DNA of 64,000 nt from Syncephalis fuscata S228. Taxonomy: Eukaryota > Fungi > Zoopagomycota. The stretch is taken from the NCBI GenBank assembly GCA_025786725.1, contig JAHLTZ010000005.1, positions 186,001 through 250,000 of the forward strand, written 5' to 3'. The notes under the pieces are model-generated. The model was not told the DNA's origin. It saw only the letters and a list, made by a program, of their open reading frames with translations, and searched no databases. The translations under genes were made by a program, and so were the position numbers. Of the stretch, positions 55,292-64,000 are shown one piece after another; positions within the stretch are counted from its first letter, which is position 1, and each line of letters starts with the position of its first letter.

Positions 55292-55841
55292 TTATTATCA
55301 ATATTATTTATTTAATATTGGTATACTACTTTCTTTATTATCAATATTACTGTTTGATATTGGTATATTACTTTCTTTATTATCAATATTGTGTATTTAA
55401 TATTGGTATAGTACTTCCTCATTATCAATATTATTTATTTAATATTGGTATATTACTTCTTTACTATCAATATTATTGTTTGATATTGGTACATTTACTT
55501 TCTTTATTATCAATATTACTGTTTGATATTGGTATATTACTTTCCTCATTATCAATATTATTTATTTAATATTGGTACATTACTTCTTTACTATCAATAT
55601 TATTGTTTGATATTGGTACATTTACATTTCATTATCAATATTATTTATTTAATATTGGTATATTACTTCCTTACTATCAATATTATTGTTTGATATTGGT
55701 ACATTTACTTTCTTTATTATCAATATTGTGTATTTAATATTGGTATACTACTTTCTTTACTATCAATATTATTGTTGATATTGGTACATTTACTACATTT
55801 CATTATCAATATTACTGTTGGATATTGGTATATTATTCATT
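55292..55841 (+). repeat. Tandem array of 13 ~42-bp hairpin-forming units in the retroelement leader
   Basis: Unit core tatcaatatt-loop-Ratattggta followed by a pyrimidine-rich spacer. Confidence 0.9.
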
Positions 55842-55895
55842 TAACAATACTCATTAAACGATATCGAAAGATTGCCCCCTTAACAATATCGCAAA

Positions 55896-57203
55896 ATGGA
55901 CGATTCAACCAACGTGTGGTCTACACAAGAAGCATCCCACCCTACACCACAATGGCAATCGGTTTCCGAGAGCAATGGATGGTCGGATCAGTCGATACGC
56001 GAGACCATGAGTCTCCTCTTATCATTATCTCCACAGGAAAGACTTCGCCTAGCCGACATCGCGCGCAACAATCATGACCAGATGCCAACCGTTGAGCAAT
56101 CACCAACTGTGTCAGAGGCAACTCCAGGCAATAATGACCATCCGGAACAATGGCAAACAAACGCAGATAACCCCCGGCTCACTCACGAACCGATTAATGG
56201 AATCCCTGACTTGTCACAGGCTACGGGTGCTCACCCGGTAGTTACTACGCAAGACTCAGGTAGAATCCTCGAATCGTTCGATGGAGTAAACCCATGGGCT
56301 AATATGCAGTCTAGCCAAATGTCCTGGTTTGCAAACCAACGTTACGATAAGACAATCGTTCGGTTTGCAGGATCATTATTGACTGAAGACGCCATTGCAT
56401 GGCTGGAACAGTACGACGAATGTGCAGAAAGGAATGGTTGGTCGCACGAAGCCAGGTTAAATACGGTCGGTAGTTATCTGGATGGACAAGCTAAGCTCTG
56501 GTGGAAAGCTATCAAACCAAAAGTCACGCATTGGCGCAAAGGTCGTGGACTACGCGACTCCGGACCTGCAACGTTTTATAATGAATTTCTCAAGGCTTAT
56601 TTTACAGCAGATATCGTTGCTATTTGGCACCGATGCTTAATGGAAGGCAAACAACAACCCAACGAGAGTGTAGATATATTCGCCTTACGACTTCAAGATA
56701 TAGCTAGAAAAGTTCGATATAGCCGTGAAGTAACAGATGAGACTATTAGTGACATTTTTATGCGAGGACTGTCACAAGATCTGGAAGTGTCATTACGCGA
56801 CTACGAAATGATGCAACCACTCGAATCGATTACGCTAGAAAGTCGAATCAGGACAGCGTCACGACTAGAAGCAAATCGTTGTATACCAACCAGATCGACT
56901 ATTCCTGTATACCAGAACCAAGCAAATAGTCAACGAACTGATAATACACCACGCATGCGACCTAACTATAACTGGCAACAACTAGTCAAACATGAACCAG
57001 CAACTGTACAATCGACCGACACCAAGATTAGTCGACTGGAAGAACAAATTAGTAAAATGACTCAACAAATAGGTGAACTTACTACTACGTTGGACAAAAA
57101 ACCATTAGTCGCACGTGACTACTCACCCAGAAAGTGTCGTACTTGTGGCAGTGCCGATCCACATAACTGGGCCGAATGTAAGCAGAGGAAGGATTTTCGG
57201 TAA
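55896..57203 (+). CDS. gag: Retrotransposon Gag (capsid + zinc knuckle)
   Basis: WLEQYDECAERNGW, YLDGQAKLWW, KQQPNESVDIFALRL, FMRGL, CRTCGSADPHNWAEC. Confidence 0.92.
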   Translation: MDDSTNVWSTQEASHPTPQWQSVSESNGWSDQSIRETMSLLLSLSPQERLRLADIARNNHDQMPTVEQSPTVSEATPGNNDHPEQWQTNADNPRLTHEPINGIPDLSQATGAHPVVTTQDSGRILESFDGVNPWANMQSSQMSWFANQRYDKTIVRFAGSLLTEDAIAWLEQYDECAERNGWSHEARLNTVGSYLDGQAKLWWKAIKPKVTHWRKGRGLRDSGPATFYNEFLKAYFTADIVAIWHRCLMEGKQQPNESVDIFALRLQDIARKVRYSREVTDETISDIFMRGLSQDLEVSLRDYEMMQPLESITLESRIRTASRLEANRCIPTRSTIPVYQNQANSQRTDNTPRMRPNYNWQQLVKHEPATVQSTDTKISRLEEQISKMTQQIGELTTTLDKKPLVARDYSPRKCRTCGSADPHNWAECKQRKDFR

Positions 57204-58016
57204 CCGCGGCCCATGCTGAAGGTCAAGTCGTGGTATTACCTAAAGAACCTACAGACGAGCTAGCGTTAGCCGCAGAGAAGCGCGTCAAATCAATCAATAA
57301 TCGAGATACGCCATACATTAAAACGCGTAATCAACGACGTGCTCATACCCAGTCAATAAATGAAGAAGTCCCGGTTGATACCCCACCAACGATATCAACC
57401 ACTCCAATTAACCACCTACCTAAGGTCGTATCAATATCAGAACCGCCAGAAGAAATTATACCAGAAGCGGATCCGATTACTACACCTATTCAATCTACCA
57501 CATCATCGTCGATCGTAGAAGATGCAGAAATGGAAGACGACAATGCAGCAACAACGATCGATAAAAGGACTGTAAATAACAAGTCTAATCGACCCAAATT
57601 TTCAGCCAAGTTACAGAAGCTAGTACAATTGTTAGAGACACGCCGACCGAAAGGCAGTGATACTTACGATATTAGCGACAAACTAGGCAATTGCAAGGTC
57701 GACATTACTTATGAGGAATTAACTGAATTCTTGGATGCACAAATACACCCAGAAAAAGGTACTTATGCACCAGTTCGAAAGAAGAAGGTTAAAACAACGA
57801 CTGAAGCTTTACAAGTCGACACAATATTCCCTCGTATACCTGATGTTAAAGCATTATAAATTACTACCTAAGTGGGACGGACCGCGCACTATTATTGCTA
57901 GACACACCCCAGCCGTCTATACGATTAAGATTAAAGGTCAACTTCGTAAGGTTCATCGTGACCGTCTGAAACCGGCTCACACCTTTGATGCTTTTCCTGA
58001 CGCTATAGAGGACTAG
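57191..58016 (+). pseudogene. Truncated pol: -1 frameshift ORF abutting an integrase C-terminal remnant
   Basis: G_GAT_TTT at 57191; -1 frame is continuous with ORF 57230..57859; KLLPKWDGP..VYTI..KVHRDRLKP in another frame; no protease, RT, RNase H or DDE motifs. Confidence 0.8.
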
Positions 58017-58025
58017 GCGCGTCTT

Positions 58026-58035
58026 AGAAGAGGGG
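58026..58035 (+). promoter_or_regulatory. Polypurine tract
   Basis: AGAAGAGGGG just before the 3' LTR. Confidence 0.85.
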
Positions 58036-58037
58036 CA

Positions 58038-58305
58038 TGTAACACCCGGAACTTACCCCGACTCTTTTTCCCAAGTAATATTAATCATTATTAATGGGAA
58101 AGTAATATTAAGTCCGCTCGTATCCATAATCCCTATTTTACAGTATAAGTACTTCACATTCATAACAAATAATAAAAACATTAGTATTAGTATCAGTATT
58201 AATCTTGACTCTACTCCAACTTTGATTTTATTCTTTATTTTGGTGCCTTATCCAATTACAATTAAACCATTGTTGTAAAATTAACAACAGTGCACCAAAT
58301 TTACA
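58038..58305 (+). repeat. 3' LTR (268 bp)
   Basis: Identical by eye to the 5' LTR except for a 2-nt shorter A run. Confidence 0.95.
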
Positions 58306-58616
58306 ATACTATCATCTCCATTGCACTGATAATATATAATCAGTATATAATATTTGTAATAATCTTAAATAGCAAACTTATTACAATGCAAAGCAATTAC
58401 ATAAATATAATGCTATTATATGTCTTAGCGCACAACAGATATATTTTTACCTATATTATACTAGCATTAGACAATAACCATCTTATTTATTAGTAAAGCT
58501 ATAAGCCATCGTGTATATTTCCAGTATCATGCTATGTAATTGTGCTAGTAGTTACATGTTTATTTTGTAAATAGTTTGTTTGTTAATATATTTAAAACTT
58601 GTTAATACATATATAT

Positions 58617-59266
58617 TTACAGCCATAGCCCAAGTAATAAAATGCTACCTATAGCACACAAGTACGTCCAGGTCGTATGGTTTCTTGAATATTTATGACT
58701 TCCACCACTTTTGGGAACGCTAGCAATCCGCGCGTCGTGTTCAACAGCACCTTTAGGATAATCAGGATCGTCAGCGTCATCTTCACTCGACTTGATGTAA
58801 TCGATCACATAGTCAACAGATGATGTGTTTGCTGTAGGATTAAACAGAAGTAAACACGGAATTTCGGTTGTATTAGTGCGGACAAATTTGTTATACGATC
58901 CAATACACTCAAATCTTTTGCCCATGTGTTCCTTATAGATGCAATCTGTATAGTTATAGCGTAGTAGCGTTTTTTGATCTTTGTCTGAAAGTGTTTTGTT
59001 ATAATAGGTTTGGAATATTTTTTGCGGCAATATATAAGCCATAAGATTGCCACCATACGAAGTAATATATGTTTTTATGAATCCATAAGGCTGGTCCGCA
59101 CACTGGCCCCAGGTATAATTTGTTTGAATTTTTACATTTGGTATATCAGTAGCCTATATACAGCAAATATACATTTAATACAGCTGATTCAAAAACTTTT
59201 ATTTATACATACCAAAATTGCTGGGACTGTCCATATAACACATAATAAAATGTGGAATAAATTCAT
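58617..59266 (-). CDS. Secreted/GPI- or TM-anchored Cys-containing surface protein
   Basis: Exon 1 MNLFHILLCVIWTVPAIL, one intron, in frame into ORF 58617..59042; hydrophobic C-terminus. Confidence 0.7.
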
Positions 59267-59506
59267 ATTGCAATTAGTAATACTAAAATGCCGAATGCTA
59301 AGAAACAAATGAAAGAAGGATGATAAAATTCAATTGCTTGAACTTGTCATTAATAAAGTTACACGGCCTTTGCATTTTCATTGTTATTCTACTATTCATT
59401 TGCTAAACCTTTGCCGCTAAACCTTTGCCGTTCAATAATTACAAAACATTATAAACTGTGCAATTAAGACTATCATTATTATTATTTACAAATATTTATA
59501 TTGCTG

Positions 59507-60160
59507 TTAATATAAAGACGCTGTAGTCAAATCGCTAATTGCCAACAATATACTGGTAAATAGTATAGATGCTAGTGCTTGTGACATCCCTATTGGTCCT
59601 AGCGTAGTAGGTGCCGTATTTCTGGCCAATACATGTTCCTGTGACATTGCAGTACTAGTCATATTGCTGCAAGTGTAATTCAATGAGACTACGGCCTGCA
59701 GAGTAGTAGAACGATTGTCCAGTACTAAACAAGCGGGACTGAACTCATTAAGTAAAGGAGTTGGCCCAATAGTGCAATTGTATATAGCTATGCCAGGACC
59801 GCCGACACAAGAGGTAATGGGGTCATACTTGACATCTTTTATGACCTTGTCAGTAAACTCGGAGTATGTTTTGTTGGGTATTTCTATTCCTAGTTGACCG
59901 CACGGCAATGCGTAGACACCGTTCAGCATACCAAGTTCAAGATTAGTATATACCGAAATGGAACTACATGTAGTGCCTGTAGTAATAACATGCACAGATC
60001 CAGGTGGTATATACTCTTTATTCGTCAGTACTCTTTGTTGGTATGATATCTATGACGCCATTAAGCCAGTTGATAAGCTGTGCAATAAGTATTAAATAAA
60101 CGAATCGCAGCTTACCTGGACATTCAATAAACAAACAAACAGCAAACTTATCCAAAACAT
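59507..60160 (-). CDS. Secreted/GPI-like surface protein, distant paralogue of its neighbour
   Basis: Exon 1 MFWISLLFVCLLNVQ, one intron, ORF 59507..59995; ACLVLDN vs PCLLLFN; hydrophobic C-terminus. Confidence 0.7.
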
Positions 60161-61268
60161 GCTTAATAGCTATTCAACTTGAATTTAAATGCTTAAATAT
60201 AGATGCTATAATGCAGATGCTAATAATGCAAATGATTCAAATGCAGATGTCAAAGTGTAGAATAATATAATATTCTCGATAAACAACGGCCTATTTGGCC
60301 TTTTGTATCTAAAGCGACTAAAAATAGTACGATTGTCCAAAATGCCTTGAACAAAGCATGGCACGGTAAATAATCATCCGCTCAATGTGGTAGTCAGGGA
60401 CATGCATAGCTAATAGACGCATGCCAATGTTATACTACCGTTATTATGGCTGCTTTCATTGTTATTGCAGCCACAGTAATAACAGCAACACTAGCAGTAG
60501 CAACAACAACAACAACAATAGGCATAACAGCAATAGTATCGTTATGTCTACTACAGTCGTCGATATCATACATAGCCCCTACATTGTTACGATAGCGGCT
60601 GTTTTGCTTTATTCATCTCCTTTTCATTATTCATCCTTTTAAAGCCAGGTTAATTATTCTAGACGCCGAGCACCTGCTTTTACAACACATCTAAAACGCG
60701 TAACCGTCGCTATCTATAGAGCAATATCTGTCCTAGAAGATTCGCCCCAACGGCACAACGGCACAACCATCCATTCCAAGGTTTGATGAGCGCCAAGGTG
60801 GCCATACACACCACACACACACAACTCAATATACTATCCTACTAATTCTCATGCATTATCCGCATGCTCTACACAGTCAAATAGGTAAGTGCTTCTAGAT
60901 GGCCGTATGACAGCAGCAGCTAAACACGCGGGGCAAATATGGGAAGACGGCGTTCGCTATTTTTGCCGCGTGACTTCTAGCTTGGATGCAAAGAAAGAGG
61001 CATGCTCAGTGTCTCACGCTCCACAGTCAATACTCCTTATTCACTTCTTTCTTTTTACTGTTTTCGGTGGTTTAGACGCTACGTTGTGTGGCATGTCCAC
61101 CTGCTGTTTCATAATTCCTTTTCATTAAATTCGTTTATTATCGTTCATTTTAGCAGTGCTAGAGAAACCACTCTAGACGCGCAATAATCAATGCCAACGC
61201 CACTACTTGTTACATCACACTGACGCCATTTTACTTTATTAGTATAACTGCCATTGTCGCTCTACAAT

Positions 61269-63402
61269 ATGGCCAATGCCAAACTCAATCCACTTCATCT
61301 ACGCCTAGGCGGCACGCCGTTACCAAGGCCGCGCTTTCGCCTGCGTAGACAAACGTCAGAACCGTCGTTAAAAGAACGCAGTGCATTTGCCGCCATGGCG
61401 GGTCTGACGGCCACCCTTACTGGCCGCAAAGAGGACGGGTCAACCATGATGTCCAAAGACATTCAAGGCGCTGGAGAACGGGCTGAGCTTACTAGGGAAA
61501 ACCTTATATTACATACAAGCTTGGTAAATATCATATTCAGTTGAATACACTATGTACAATTACTAATCGTTCATGGATCATTCCTTTATTTAGCTACCAC
61601 CAGTTAATCCAGAAACTACGTTTGAGCGTTGCTTACGCTATGTACGCGATGTACACCAAAAGACACATAAGCATGGCCGAGGATCACCGGTCGACGCTGG
61701 CACTTCCCAGGGCGCGTCTGTTGTAGTCCATCGTTCAGACAATGAAAAGCGTGGAGGAGAGCATATAGACGGTGAAAGTAAAAGCAAATCTAAAGAGCTA
61801 CAAAAACGACTCCGAAAATGGAAATCCAGTACTCGTAAAGAGAAGAAGGAAAAGAAGGAAAAGAAAAAGAAACGCAAGGAAAAGACGCTGTCACGATTGG
61901 TTATTCCTACAGAAGTACCATTGCCAGCTTCACCAATGGAACAATCACCTAAATCAATTAAGAATGATATTGATCAATACCATCAGCAACAAGAACAAGA
62001 ACAAGAAGAGCAAGAGCAGTCACAAAAGAAGAATGGAAATGAAGCGGAGGATACACTCACTCCTGTAACTCCGCCAAAATCACCACCTACTGCATCTCGA
62101 CCTGGCTTAAACCGACGACATACAGTAATGCCAAGTGCATCCTGGTCCCATGCTTCTTGGTCCCAATCGGCCTTCAGACAATGGAGTTCATTCTGGCAGG
62201 ATCTAAAGGATGAGTTAAAAGATGCTGCTCATATAGGAGGTGCAGGTGCAGATGGATTTAAAAATATACGTCGTAAACATCATTCTGGTGATATGAAAAA
62301 GAAGTCTGACAAGGATTATAGTCCTGGTGGTATGGATACCAATAGGAGAAAGCCACCTACCCGTCGTTTATCAATTAATGTGCCTGTGGATAATAGTCGA
62401 GTATTAACACAGCAAACACTATTGCAAGGTAATGGCTTGAGTATGATAAGAGGATCGGCAAATGATGTGAATGACGCTGAAGATGACATAATGTCCAATC
62501 TATTGTCACCTCGTACTACATTGGCAGTGTTTGGTGATATGCCACATAGTTCGCATATAGATAGCTCGCCTTCAGTTTCACGAGCACGTACACCTTTACC
62601 AAGACCAGATACAGCAATGCAGCAACCCCGTGAGCCATATGTATCACAGTCATCGTTTTCTTTTGGTTCAGCGAGTGACGCTATAAGTAGCTCGAGTAGT
62701 AGCAGCAGCAGTAGCAGCAGTAGTTCAGGTAGCTCTTCCAATGAGAACTCATCTGAACGTCGACGTCTTCATCCACTTACTTCACTCTTCCGTGAAAGAA
62801 GCCGATCTCGGCAACCAAGTCAAGAGGATGAAGACAAAGAAGATGAAGAAGTTGAGTATGATCCAACTAGAAACGAACTTGAAGTGCCTTACGCTACTAA
62901 TACGGGTAAAGCTTCAAATCGTGCTTCTAAACAACGATTGCGTAATATGGCACGCAAAGTGGGTCATGTATTCCGTCGTGGTAAAAGCGGACAACGCCAT
63001 GCTGCGCGCGATGAAGATGGTAGTCAAGGTGGCAGCGATGATAGTATTGAAGATGGTGGCAATGGCCAAGCAAGCGATCAAAGTGAAGGCCTACCAAATA
63101 GAGGCGACATAGGCGCTGAATTCACCGCTGCTATGGATGGTCTACAAATATCGAACATACCCGTATGTCGAGTAGATGGACCGAATGGCGAGCCAGTACT
63201 ATCTTCGTCACCGGTAGCTGAAACACATAAGAAGAACTGGCTATATCAGCGTAGTGGTAGTAGCGGACTAATTGACCATCTACATACGCGCAGTACCGAC
63301 TACAAGACAAATTCAAAGCATCGACGGGACCTGTCTTGCGATCAACCGCCTACACAAGCCTCTTCAGTAAGCGGTGATCAGCTATGGGGTGTTAAAGTTT
63401 AG
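61269..63402 (+). CDS. Hypothetical, largely disordered Ser/Arg/Lys-rich protein
   Basis: ATG 61269, intron ~61523-61592 joins in frame to ORF 61897..63402. Confidence 0.7.
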
Positions 63403-63819
63403 CATGTTTATCATTCGTATTATTATTATTATTATGACCATTATATTTTATCATTTATCATTTGTTTCTATTATTTCAGCACATATCAGTTTCCTAAAGT
63501 TTTGTAAAGAGTTATTACTCATCCACAAATAAAAGGAATTATGATAATCTTCCTTTTTTTAAATAAAATATAGAAAATATATGTCAATGGCTGGTTGATG
63601 TTTACTTTGATCCTCCTTGGGGCAGTAAATCTTTTTACGCAATCGATTGCAATGATTTAAATAGTTGACGAATTGATTGAATTAATTTGTGTTTAAATTA
63701 TCATTCACAATAAACACTGTTGCTTATATACTGAATATAATGTTTAAAGTTTAACTGTCAATTGTAATATCATGTTTTATGATAATGACATTTGCTTATG
63801 CGTTGATATCCATCCCTCT

Positions 63820-64000
63820 TATTTTATTGTTGACATTATTCTATTAGTATACTTGTTTTTATGCAATTGATTTTCATTCTTTGTTTTATTCTACTATTTA
63901 AACAACTCTTCCATTTGTATTTCAATTTGTTCATAGTCTTTTTATGTACAGCGTTATTCAATTTATGATTGTACATATTACATTATTTATTAATTAAATA
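63820..64000. repeat. Dispersed repeat, copy of ~18110-18310
   Basis: Collinear similarity over ~180 bp, runs off the window end. Confidence 0.8.

Larger units (their letters stand above)
54956..58305 (+). mobile_element. Non-autonomous Ty3/gypsy-type LTR retrotransposon, pol largely deleted
   Basis: TG..CA LTRs, ATAC target-site duplication (54952-54955 and 58306-58309), PBS, PPT, gag, integrase C-terminal remnant. Confidence 0.95.

Noticed and set aside
55292-55841. CRISPR-like appearance of the palindromic repeat array
   Set aside because: Spacers are short and recurrent rather than unique, there are no cas genes, and the array lies inside a eukaryotic LTR element

Overview
AT-rich, intron-dense eukaryotic DNA (mostly ~50-70 nt GT-AG introns, standard code) from a fungus. 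The gene families and style suggest an early-diverging lineage such as Zoopagomycota (Syncephalis-like); this is inference. The left two thirds hold mostly housekeeping genes: prephenate dehydratase, an SDR, a RECQL4-like gene whose helicase motifs are all degenerate, a BCL7-like gene, DUF726/TMCO4, an F-box-like gene, a Yap1/Pap1 bZIP, RBM5/10, choline kinase, tRNA-Val(CAC) and FHIP/FAM160. The right third is accessory-like. It contains a three-copy cluster of secreted CSab-defensin-like proteins with a modular CBM19-like chitin-binding tail (present, absent, decayed), a tail-anchored RBR E3 ligase fused to an array of unusual CC-H-H zinc fingers, a very young non-autonomous Ty3/gypsy LTR element (intact gag, pol deleted, 13-unit hairpin array in its leader), and a pair of surface-protein paralogues. 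A ~290-bp-arm inverted repeat and a dispersed MITE-like family lie between genes. Several genes carry 1-bp indels in short homopolymers or repeats, which suggests an unpolished long-read assembly. All alignments were made by eye.
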